Origin: an archaeon
GTDB taxonomy: Archaea > Micrarchaeota > Micrarchaeia > Anstonellales > Anstonellaceae
DNA: 64,000 nt
Direction of reading: 5' to 3'
Assembly: GCA_020056635.1 (NCBI GenBank)
Contig: JAGVHI010000016.1
Coordinates: 4,702-68,701 of the forward strand
The notes under the pieces are model-generated. The model worked only from the letters and a program-made list of their open reading frames with translations, was not told the DNA's origin and did no database searches. Positions 6,911 to 15,149 of this stretch are shown in pieces. Within the stretch, counting starts at the first letter, position 1; every line of letters starts with the position of its first letter. The translations under genes and the position numbers were made by a program.

Positions 6911-9733
6911 CTATTCTACAAATGCGAAGTAATTCTGGCGCGCTGTAGTCAGGAGTTCCTGGTTCGCAGAGCAGAATTGCTGGCTTAAGCACGGGAAAGG
7001 CAGGAACGCATCATTCTCCTGCGATAATGGCCCGACAAAATTGCCCCCTCCATACTTCAGGTATTCGTTCACAAGCAAAAAGAACTCCCGGATATTTTTG
7101 CGCGCAGCCCCCTGCCTTGCCTTCTCCTGTTCCGAATCGGCAGCGCCTGGCAGCCCATACTCGGCAAACATTGATTCGAAAAGTTTCGCATCCGAGGTAA
7201 TCTGGCCAAGCGCCATGCCATTTACGCTTGCATCAAGCATCCCAATTGACATGCAAAGCTCCCTGCAGAACTCGGCGGTCTTCGGGCCCAGCTGCCCATC
7301 TATCCTAAAGCCGGAACCTGAAATCCTTTCCAAATCCATGCTCACATAAGGGCTTTGCGAAAGCATGCAGAGGTTCTGCTGGAAAACTGCGGCCTGGGTG
7401 CGTGAAATCCCCTTATTATAGGAAAATACCGCGGTAAACGACACATCCTCAGGTGACGGTATTCGAACTGGCGAGCCGGATTCCGCCTCCACCCTTGTCC
7501 TGTCCACCACGCTTCTCAAATCCAGCGAAAAGCGCAGGTATGCAAAGTAAAGCTGCATCCGGTCGCTTGAGAGAATGTCCCCAACAACCTTCTCGCGCTT
7601 TTTTTGCGCATCCAATGCCGGGTTCCAATTTTCAATCACATTCCTTACTCCCTTTTCCTTGCCTGTGGCAGACAGGAGCTGTGCAAGCTCCACCTCAGCC
7701 TCCACGCGCTTTGCTGCAGGAAGCGCGTTCCTGTTTGCAAGGTGATCCAAATATTCAATGGTCTGCCTTACGCCCACTTGGAATATCCCGATGCTGTTTG
7801 GCAGCTTTTTCCCATGCCCTGCACGCTCCGAAACGTCATCCGCAATATTGTCTACCCACCTGTCCGGAAGCAGGCTGTATGCAATATTGTATAGGACATC
7901 CAGCCCGACCCGCTTTCCCAGCGACGAATAATATTCGTTGAACAGGACGGTTTTTAGCGCCCCTGTGATTGGGGCAGGTATCCCCATCTCCTTTGCATAG
8001 CGCGAAATGTCCTCTGCTTTCGATTCGAACCTGCTTGTGGCCCACCACCTCGAAATCGACATCCTGCCTGCGGTGCTTTGGGGCGTTTTTGCAGGGTTTC
8101 CCTCCAGATTGAATGTTATGTCCGGCACAATCCCTGGGAAAGTCGGCACCCGGAGCGTGACTATGAAATCTATCGAGCGGTGGGCGACCGCCTGCTTGAA
8201 ATTGAAATTCTTGGCCATGTTCTGCCTTGCCACTTCCGGAAAAATGGCCTCGAACGGCATGTTGAGCTTGCCTGACAGCCTGCGCGCAAAATCAACAGGC
8301 GAGAGCGAAAGCCTCTCGGGCAGCGCCCCCGCATCATCCTGCTCTGTGTACGCATCCCGGACCACGAATGTTTGGTTCACTGCAGGCGCAAACCTCTCAA
8401 AGCGCGGCACAAAAAGCCTGCTGTCCTCCTGTATTGTGAACTGGCCCAGCACCAATTTCTCCTTTCCATACCCTTTGAAAAATTTCTGCAGCTCAAGCAT
8501 GTTTGAAAAGTCGAATTCACGGTACCTCATCCCAAAAACATCCGCGTATTTCCCATCCCCGAGGCAGACCATCGCGTGCGTTATCCCTCTTTCAATTCCC
8601 GTCCCGGTCCTCTCGTTCCGCACGGTCAGTATGGAACCCCTTGGGGCAGGCAAGAGCTGAGCGCGCAGGGCTTTCCAGGCTGCGGCATTTGCTATTGTCC
8701 CGTCCCAGTTTGTTTCTGCCCAAATCCGCTGCTGCTCGAACATCGGCTCGCGCAGCACAGCAATGTAGCCTGGGGAGGGCGGCTGTGCATCCATCTGTTC
8801 ATACGGCCTCCCAAAATGATGGTAAACGTTTGTCGAAAGCCCTTTTTCCGCAAGCATGGCATAGAACATCGCCATCACGCCAGATGAGCACCATGCAGCC
8901 TCGTTCCTGCGCTCCGCCCTCCTCACCTTTGCATCCTCCTCGTAAAAATGTGTCATCACTCCAACCGAATCTGCAAATGGCTGGCTTGAAGGAGACTCAA
9001 AGAACCTCCTTCTCACCTGTATCTGGAGCGGCGGGCGGGCAATGTTCAGCTCCGCATATCCTTCCGGCGGCTTGGTGCGAAGGATCTTCTCCCTATCCAT
9101 AGCCTCGAGCCGTGAGCGCGTGGCGCCTATTTCATGTGCAAGCGCTTCAAGCGACGGGTACTCATTCTGAGTGTTGTAATCATATACTGAGCCCACTCCG
9201 CTTCCGCCGTCCCCAATAAGCCGCACCACCCTGCTTCCAGTCCCTTTTTTTGTGCTGTAAACAAGAACCCTGTTGCCATCATCCCAAAACTCATCATCAG
9301 TCCCAAAGAACTTGGTTTTTTTCGGGCTTGGGAGTGCAAATAGCTTTGGGGCAATCGAACGCCCTGCGCTTCCACCTCCCCCATGCCACGCAACCCCTGC
9401 ATCTGCCCGCTGCACAGGCTGCCTAACTTTTGCAGGCACGTACTCCTCAAGCTTTGCAAGTGCCAGCCTGCCCTCCTTTCCCGGGATATATTTTGCACCA
9501 AGCCTTGCCAGAAGTGCATCCACTGAGGAAAAAACGAATTTTTCGCTTCCCGCCTCTTTGAGGTTGAAATCAAGCACGGTGCCATCGCCATTAACCCTTA
9601 TGATGTGCCTGCCTTCCCTGCCCTTAAACGAGTACCTAAGCACATGGAGCGCTTCGTCCCCCCCCATTATTTCAGCCTGGAGTTCGTTGGGTATGTACAG
9701 CGCTTTTTTGCCCTGGGCGGCTTCCTGTGCCAA
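6911..9733 (-). CDS. Large multidomain protein: tandem N-terminal ~75-aa repeats, NlpC/P60-like Cys/His peptidase motifs, SLT-like lytic transglycosylase motifs and a PG-binding-like motif
   Basis: 940-aa ORF. Motifs are WCSSGV (Cys282, nt 8888-8890), THAMVCLGDGKYADV (His386), LFNEYYS, SIGIFQVG, FSYNKG and IDGQLGPKT. It is a paralog of 11291..14512. A GAGGTGGTG SD-like element lies upstream. Confidence 0.75.
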   Translation of the reverse strand: MAQEAAQGKKALYIPNELQAEIMGGDEALHVLRYSFKGREGRHIIRVNGDGTVLDFNLKEAGSEKFVFSSVDALLARLGAKYIPGKEGRLALAKLEEYVPAKVRQPVQRADAGVAWHGGGGSAGRSIAPKLFALPSPKKTKFFGTDDEFWDDGNRVLVYSTKKGTGSRVVRLIGDGGSGVGSVYDYNTQNEYPSLEALAHEIGATRSRLEAMDREKILRTKPPEGYAELNIARPPLQIQVRRRFFESPSSQPFADSVGVMTHFYEEDAKVRRAERRNEAAWCSSGVMAMFYAMLAEKGLSTNVYHHFGRPYEQMDAQPPSPGYIAVLREPMFEQQRIWAETNWDGTIANAAAWKALRAQLLPAPRGSILTVRNERTGTGIERGITHAMVCLGDGKYADVFGMRYREFDFSNMLELQKFFKGYGKEKLVLGQFTIQEDSRLFVPRFERFAPAVNQTFVVRDAYTEQDDAGALPERLSLSPVDFARRLSGKLNMPFEAIFPEVARQNMAKNFNFKQAVAHRSIDFIVTLRVPTFPGIVPDITFNLEGNPAKTPQSTAGRMSISRWWATSRFESKAEDISRYAKEMGIPAPITGALKTVLFNEYYSSLGKRVGLDVLYNIAYSLLPDRWVDNIADDVSERAGHGKKLPNSIGIFQVGVRQTIEYLDHLANRNALPAAKRVEAEVELAQLLSATGKEKGVRNVIENWNPALDAQKKREKVVGDILSSDRMQLYFAYLRFSLDLRSVVDRTRVEAESGSPVRIPSPEDVSFTAVFSYNKGISRTQAAVFQQNLCMLSQSPYVSMDLERISGSGFRIDGQLGPKTAEFCRELCMSIGMLDASVNGMALGQITSDAKLFESMFAEYGLPGAADSEQEKARQGAARKNIREFFLLVNEYLKYGGGNFVGPLSQENDAFLPFPCLSQQFCSANQELLTTARQNYFAFVE
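7379..8011 (-). other. SLT (family 1 lytic transglycosylase)-like region of the 940-aa protein
   Basis: NEYYS (candidate E-S motif), GIFQ (compare GLMQ) and SYNKG (compare AYNxG) occur in the canonical order. Confidence 0.55.
8504..8926 (-). other. NlpC/P60 (papain-fold)-like region of the 940-aa protein
   Basis: Cys in the W-C-S-S-G context and His in the H-A-M-V-x-L-G-D-G-K context are about 100 aa apart. This matches the order and spacing of NlpC/P60/CHAP catalytic residues. Confidence 0.55.
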
Positions 9734-9776
9734 AAAACCACCACCTCACTTACCTTCATTCCAATTATTCTTCCAG

Positions 9777-11204
9777 CTAACCTTTCACCACTCCAATCGG
9801 GACCAGTTTCGCAACCATATCGGAAATGCCAGCAGCCTGCACAGACGCCACAACCATGTTCACATCCTTGTAAGCGCCTGGCGCCTCTTCCGCAATCAAA
9901 TCGTACTCCGTCGCCTTGATTATGATTCCTTTTGCGAGCAGTTCCTCCTGCACCTGCTTGCCGGTCCAGGAATGCACTGCCTTGCTCCTGCTCATTGTCC
10001 TGCCGCTCCCGTGGCAGGATGAGCCAAACGATTGCTTCATCGCCCCTTCCTTCCCAACCATCACGTAGGATGCGGTCCCCATGCTCCCGGGAATCATCAC
10101 AGGCTGCCCAATCGCCCTATAAATATCAGGAACCTCCTTTCTCCCGGCCGCAAACGCGCGTGTAGCCCCCTTCCTGTGCACACACACTTTCTTCATTTTC
10201 CCCTCGACCTCATGCTCCTCGAATTTTGCAATATTGTGGCACACATCGTACAGCATTTCCATCCTGTCGCCCGTGCCATTCCCGAAAACAGAGTCAAACG
10301 TTTCCCTTACCCAGTGCGCCATTATGTGCCTGTTGCAGAACGCATAATTCACCGCGCACCGCATCCCCTTCAAATACCGCTCCGCTTCCGGCGAATTGAT
10401 TGGCGCGCAGCACAATTCCCTATCCGCAAGATTGATTTTGTATTTTGATGCTGTCCCAATCATCGAGCGCAAACTGTCATCGCAAACCTGGTGCCCGAAT
10501 CCCCTTGACCCGCAGTGAATCATCACGGTCACTTCACCCTGCTCAAGCCCGAACGCCTTTGCCACTTCCGGGCTCTGGATTTCGCTAATCTCCTGAATCT
10601 CAAGGAAATGGTTCCCTGCCCCCAATGTCCCGAACTGCGGCGCGCCCCTCTTTTTCGCGGTATCGCTCACAACCAGAGGGTCCGCCCCATCTATTCTCCC
10701 GCCTTCCTCGCACCGCTTCCTGTCCTCCTCCCAGCCCCACCCTTTTGAGAGCGCCCATTCCACACCTTCAGTGGTTGCCTTCTCAAGCTCCTGTGGCGAG
10801 AGCCTCACCCTCCCCTTGCTCCCTACCCCAGATGGCACATTATCGAACAATTTGTTCACAAGCTCGCGCAGCTTCGGCCTTACGTCCTCTGCTTTCATTC
10901 CAGTTTTGAGCAATCTCACTCCGCAATTGATATCGTACCCTACTCCCCCAGGTGACACTACTCCTTCCTCCAAATCAAAAGCAGCCACCCCCCCAATCGG
11001 GAACCCATACCCCTCGTGGCAATCCGGCATCACCATTGCGTAATTGATAATTCCAGGAAGGGTTGCAACGTTGCGCAGCTGATTAAAGCTCCTATCCTTG
11101 CCCATCTGCTCGAAAAGCTCTTTTGTGGCAAACACGCGCGCAGGCACTCGCATTTCCCCTTCCTTTTCCAATTCCCAAACAGCATCCGCAATCTGCTTGA
11201 CCAT
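9777..11204 (-). CDS. rtcB: RNA-splicing ligase RtcB
   Basis: 475-aa ORF with RtcB hallmarks: PDCHEGYGFPIGGV, GYDINCGVR, GAGNHFLE, HCGSRGFGH, AVNYAFCNRH and SSCHGSGR. The length shows no intein. Confidence 0.95.
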   Translation of the reverse strand: MVKQIADAVWELEKEGEMRVPARVFATKELFEQMGKDRSFNQLRNVATLPGIINYAMVMPDCHEGYGFPIGGVAAFDLEEGVVSPGGVGYDINCGVRLLKTGMKAEDVRPKLRELVNKLFDNVPSGVGSKGRVRLSPQELEKATTEGVEWALSKGWGWEEDRKRCEEGGRIDGADPLVVSDTAKKRGAPQFGTLGAGNHFLEIQEISEIQSPEVAKAFGLEQGEVTVMIHCGSRGFGHQVCDDSLRSMIGTASKYKINLADRELCCAPINSPEAERYLKGMRCAVNYAFCNRHIMAHWVRETFDSVFGNGTGDRMEMLYDVCHNIAKFEEHEVEGKMKKVCVHRKGATRAFAAGRKEVPDIYRAIGQPVMIPGSMGTASYVMVGKEGAMKQSFGSSCHGSGRTMSRSKAVHSWTGKQVQEELLAKGIIIKATEYDLIAEEAPGAYKDVNMVVASVQAAGISDMVAKLVPIGVVKG

Positions 11205-11249
11205 GTGAAATCACCTTGAGTAGAACCAATCAGCTATTTCTCGCCCCTG

Positions 11250-11262
11250 TTTTATTAAATAA
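11250..11262 (-). promoter_or_regulatory. TATA-like box upstream of rtcB
   Basis: The minus strand reads TTATTTAATAAAA, 46-58 nt upstream of the rtcB ATG, inside the 86-nt spacer. Confidence 0.35.
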
Positions 11263-11290
11263 GGTGGATTGCCTGGGGCTGCGGTGTGGG

Positions 11291-14200
11291 CTACTGCAGC
11301 GGCTCGAGGTTGCTTGAGTACCTCACCAGCATGAAATAGTTCTGCCTTGCGGGCGTGAGTATTTCCGGGTGCGCATTGAGGAACAGGAAATCAAGGCACG
11401 ACCTGGGCTTAAATGGCGTAAACTCATTGAGCGCTTGCGCAGTTGGCGGCGCAGGGGGGCCGTGCACATCTGGCTGGGGCTCATACAGCCTTGAGACGGC
11501 CAGAACGCGCAAATACGCGTTCGCCTGGTCGAAAAACGCCCTGCCTTCGGCATCCACCAGTTTTTGCGCAGACGCAAGCGTGGGCTTTTTTTCCTCGCGT
11601 TGAGGGTCGTTTTTCATCCTCCCTTCCCAGTATCGTATTTCTTGCGTTAGCCGCTCGTTCGGGTCAAAAAGGTACTTGAACAGCGAGAGGTTCATGTCAT
11701 AAACACTATACTCTGTTCCATTCGCAGTCGTGAACTTAGCCATCCCCAGGTGCAGGCATACGTCCTTGAAAAGCGAGAAAGTCTTTTCCCCCAAATCGCC
11801 GTCAAGCTCGAACCCCCTTGCCGCCGCCCCCATATCCATCCGCAGCCGCTCGTCGCACGCAAGCGCGTACATGTTCTGCTGCAACACGGAATTGAAAGTT
11901 TTTTGAATGCCCTTATTGTACGCAAATGCTGCTGTGAATGATATGTCCTCCGCAGTCGGGATCTCATATACTCCATCTGCGCTTCTCATCGCGCTCCTGA
12001 CCCTCTCGCGCACATCATGCCTGTCCCTTTCATAGTGCCTGTAAGCAAAAAACAGCTGCATCCTGTCATCGTTTATGAAAGCATCGATTGCAATGTTCCT
12101 CTTCTCCTGGTATGCTGCATTCTTGTCCCAGGAGTATATCACGGCCTTGAGGTGCGCATCGCTCCCAGCCGCTTTTACCAGCGCCTCCTTCTCCTTATCC
12201 CCCATATTATCCAAATAGCGTATCACCCCAGTCATGCTTATCTGGAAAATCCCAAGCGTGTCGGGCAGCTTCCCATCATCCAGTTTCCGCGCGCCCCATT
12301 CAATCCATTTAGTTGGCACGATGTCCGAATCATGCGCCACAACATAGCCCAGGTCTTGTACGGTCCTTTTCCCAAATCCGGAATAATACTCATTATACAA
12401 TATGCCAAACAGCGACGGGAGCGCGCCAGAAGGGATGCCCATCTCCTTTGCAAGCCCCTCGAGCCTGTCCACCTTCGGCCTGAAAAACTTTTCCCAAAAA
12501 TTGTCCGCCGCGTTCCTGATTTTCCACCAGGTCTTAACCGCCACATCTGCGCTGCTGGCAGGGTCGCCCAAACCTGCCTTCGCAACCTCTCCCGCCTCAA
12601 TTTCTATGTGTGCATGCCTTCGTGCGAGCTCCCCATCATCGAACGCCAGGCTTGGGACCGGGCCCGAATAAGTCGGAACTTTCAGAGTCACCTGCAAATC
12701 CCGCGTTTTCTTCCAGCTCGCATCAGCCCAATCGAAGCCCTCTGGCAGGTTCTGCCTCACAACCTCCGGGAATACTGCCTCGAACGGCATGCGCAGCTTC
12801 TCCACTAGAGCCTGCGAAAAAGTGACGGGCGTCATCTTCCTCCCTGGCGCTACATCCTCTATTGTGAACGTCTCTTCCTTTGCTTCAGAGAATTTGTCCC
12901 ACCTAGGCACGTAAAAGAATGCATCCTTCGGAAGGTAGAAAAGGCTGCCTTTTCCGTCAATCTGCCCTTTGAAGAATTTTTTCACTTCCTTGATGCTTGA
13001 GAAATCAAACTCCCTGTACTCTATTCCGAACACATCCGCAAATTTCCCGTCCCCCAAGCTTATCATCGCATGCGATACTCCTTCAGCCCCGGAGCGGGTG
13101 TATGAGTACCTCACAGTGAGTATTGTGCCGCGCTTAGCGCCCTCAAGCTGCTTTCTTAAGCCCTCCCAATTCTCCTCAGTGAATTGCCCATCCTTGCCCT
13201 TGTCAACAACCTGCCCCCACGCATCCCGTTGTGCTTGAATTGGCACGTGAAAGAACATCTCCTCATTCAGGTTCTGCGCATAGCCCTCGACGGTTTTCCC
13301 ATCATCAGCAAGCTTCCTGTATGGCCTTCCAAAATTGTGGAACACATCTGTCGCAAGCCCTCTTTCAGCAACTATTCCGTAAAAAACGGCCATAACGCCC
13401 GAAGAGCACCAATAGCCCTGGTCCCTGCGCTCCATTGCCCGCGCCTTCTGGTCTTCAGTGTAATACCTCTTCATCGCAGCCAATCCGTCCTTCACGGGGT
13501 TCTTTGACGGCGGGATGACTGTGCGCATCTGCGGCCCTATAAATTCAGGCTTCGGTTTCGGAACCTCCTTGGGCTTTGGAACTTCAGGCAGCCCTTTTTT
13601 TCTTCTTTCATACTCCTCAGGCGACCAAGGGCCGACGTAGCCTTTCTCACCTGGCAGCACTGGCGGCTTTGGCAGCTTGCCTTCAGAGTAGGAAATCTTC
13701 TTCCCATCAAGCGGTTCAAGCCTCCCTTCTGCCGCCCCGATCCATTTTTTCAGCTCATCCACTGAGCCGAAATTCTTCTTCAAATTATAATCCCAAACAT
13801 CGCTTACCTTCCCTTTTTCGTCCTTGATAACCATCACTATCCTGCTTCCATCCCCATTCCTGGTCCGGTATACCAACACCTGGTTGTTCTTATCTTCTGT
13901 ATCCAAATCCCCTTCTTCGCCATAAAACCAGGTTTTTGCAGGTGATAAAAGCGGCTTTGGTGCTGGTGCCTGGGCTATACTCCCGCCAGATTGGCTCGAG
14001 CGCGTAGCCGGGCTGCTCCCATCCCCGCGGGTTGCAGGCGCCCTATCTGCTCTTCCGCCCTGTTGGCCTGGAGTTGGTGCAATTGCTTCCCCGTTCCTTG
14101 CAGGTACGAATCGGTTGAGGCTTACAAGCGCCCTCTCCTCCCGCCGCTCGGACACCACCCCGCCCTGCTCCTCCTTCACGTATGCCGCCCCAAGGTGCTT

Positions 14201-14512
14201 TCTCAACTCTTCAACCGACTTGAACTTGTATTTTTTGCTGCCTCCCCCCTGCGCGCGCAGGTTGTAGTCAACAATGGTGCCATCCTGCTCGATTTTCACC
14301 ACTCGCCTGCCCTTCCTACCTGAAAACTCGTATTCGAAGACCTTGAAGTTGCCCTCACCCTGCAGCACTTCCCTTTTGAACTCAGCCGGGATGAATAGGC
14401 GCCTGCCCCGCGCGCTTGCTTCGGTCAATTTTCCACCGGATAAATTGGGCTTTTCTCTCTTTATTAAGCTTCTCGAATCCCCTAAGTTAAGCTTATATCC
14501 CATCATTCCCAA
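11291..14512 (-). CDS. Large multidomain protein, paralog of 6911..9733 (N-terminal repeats, NlpC/P60-like, SLT-like and PG-binding-like motifs)
   Basis: 1073-aa ORF. Motifs are WCSSGV (Cys369, nt 13406-13408), SHAMISLGDGKFADV (His481), LYNEYYS, LGIFQIS, FAYNKG and LDGDLGEKT. The C-terminal ARQNYF motif is shared with the 940-aa paralog. Confidence 0.75.
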   Translation of the reverse strand: MGMMGYKLNLGDSRSLIKREKPNLSGGKLTEASARGRRLFIPAEFKREVLQGEGNFKVFEYEFSGRKGRRVVKIEQDGTIVDYNLRAQGGGSKKYKFKSVEELRKHLGAAYVKEEQGGVVSERREERALVSLNRFVPARNGEAIAPTPGQQGGRADRAPATRGDGSSPATRSSQSGGSIAQAPAPKPLLSPAKTWFYGEEGDLDTEDKNNQVLVYRTRNGDGSRIVMVIKDEKGKVSDVWDYNLKKNFGSVDELKKWIGAAEGRLEPLDGKKISYSEGKLPKPPVLPGEKGYVGPWSPEEYERRKKGLPEVPKPKEVPKPKPEFIGPQMRTVIPPSKNPVKDGLAAMKRYYTEDQKARAMERRDQGYWCSSGVMAVFYGIVAERGLATDVFHNFGRPYRKLADDGKTVEGYAQNLNEEMFFHVPIQAQRDAWGQVVDKGKDGQFTEENWEGLRKQLEGAKRGTILTVRYSYTRSGAEGVSHAMISLGDGKFADVFGIEYREFDFSSIKEVKKFFKGQIDGKGSLFYLPKDAFFYVPRWDKFSEAKEETFTIEDVAPGRKMTPVTFSQALVEKLRMPFEAVFPEVVRQNLPEGFDWADASWKKTRDLQVTLKVPTYSGPVPSLAFDDGELARRHAHIEIEAGEVAKAGLGDPASSADVAVKTWWKIRNAADNFWEKFFRPKVDRLEGLAKEMGIPSGALPSLFGILYNEYYSGFGKRTVQDLGYVVAHDSDIVPTKWIEWGARKLDDGKLPDTLGIFQISMTGVIRYLDNMGDKEKEALVKAAGSDAHLKAVIYSWDKNAAYQEKRNIAIDAFINDDRMQLFFAYRHYERDRHDVRERVRSAMRSADGVYEIPTAEDISFTAAFAYNKGIQKTFNSVLQQNMYALACDERLRMDMGAAARGFELDGDLGEKTFSLFKDVCLHLGMAKFTTANGTEYSVYDMNLSLFKYLFDPNERLTQEIRYWEGRMKNDPQREEKKPTLASAQKLVDAEGRAFFDQANAYLRVLAVSRLYEPQPDVHGPPAPPTAQALNEFTPFKPRSCLDFLFLNAHPEILTPARQNYFMLVRYSSNLEPLQ
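11888..12460 (-). other. SLT-like region of the 1073-aa protein
   Basis: NEYYS, GIFQ and AYNKG motifs in order. Confidence 0.55.
12998..13450 (-). other. NlpC/P60-like region of the 1073-aa protein
   Basis: Same Cys/His motif pair as the paralog. Confidence 0.55.
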
Positions 14513-14521
14513 TCAATTTGC

Positions 14522-15106
14522 ATGAGACCAATATCCTCAGACTCAATGCACTTCCCGCAAATCCTCTCGAAACTAAAGCGCGGCCCGCAGGTCATACTCC
14601 CAAAGGACATCGGGCTCATACTCGCATATACTGGAATCGGAAAGGAAAGCGTTTGCATAGATGCTGGCACAGGCAGCGGCTTTCTTGCAGTCGCGCTCGG
14701 GAATGTTGCGAAGAACGTCACAAGCTACGAGAAGAATGCCCAATTCTTCGCTCTTGCAATCGAGAACACAAAGCGCGCGAAACTTGAAAACGTGAAAATA
14801 TTGCACAAGGATATTTTCGAGGGGATTGAGGAGAAGGATGCCGACCTTTTCACGCTTGACATGGCGGACTCGGATAAGGCAGTTCCTCTTGCGCATGCTG
14901 CGCTAAAATCCGGAGGCTATCTAGTGGGCTATCTCCCGCACGCGGAGCAGGCGCAAAAATTTGTTTCCGCCTGCCGCACAGCAGGCTTTTCCGAAATTTT
15001 CGTGCTCGAATCCATAGTGCGCGAATACCTTGCGCGCGAGCAGGGATTCCGCCCAGAGAATACAGGCCTCACTCACACAGCCTACCTCGCTTTTGCCCGG
15101 AAGTAG
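14522..15106 (+). CDS. trmI: tRNA (adenine-N1)-methyltransferase, TrmI/Gcd14 family (catalytic domain only)
   Basis: 194-aa ORF. It has RGPQVILPKDIGLI, the SAM motif IDAGTGSGFLAVAL and a DMADS...GGYLVGYLP layout. An alternative start at 14546 is possible. Confidence 0.8.
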   Translation: MRPISSDSMHFPQILSKLKRGPQVILPKDIGLILAYTGIGKESVCIDAGTGSGFLAVALGNVAKNVTSYEKNAQFFALAIENTKRAKLENVKILHKDIFEGIEEKDADLFTLDMADSDKAVPLAHAALKSGGYLVGYLPHAEQAQKFVSACRTAGFSEIFVLESIVREYLAREQGFRPENTGLTHTAYLAFARK

Positions 15107-15149
15107 TTAGACATTAAACGAACTTTTTAAAAGAACGAATTTAAAGAGT

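Noticed and set aside
9777-11204. Inteins in rtcB (and in atpA at 61964..63727).
   Set aside because: Both proteins have canonical lengths (475 and 587 aa) with contiguous conserved blocks.
14503-14530. The 9-nt gap between the divergent start codons at 14512(-) and 14522(+), considered as a special bidirectional element.
   Set aside because: This is more likely a start-codon over-extension of one or both ORFs (internal Met candidates exist, such as 14546 for trmI). There is no distinctive sequence feature in the gap.
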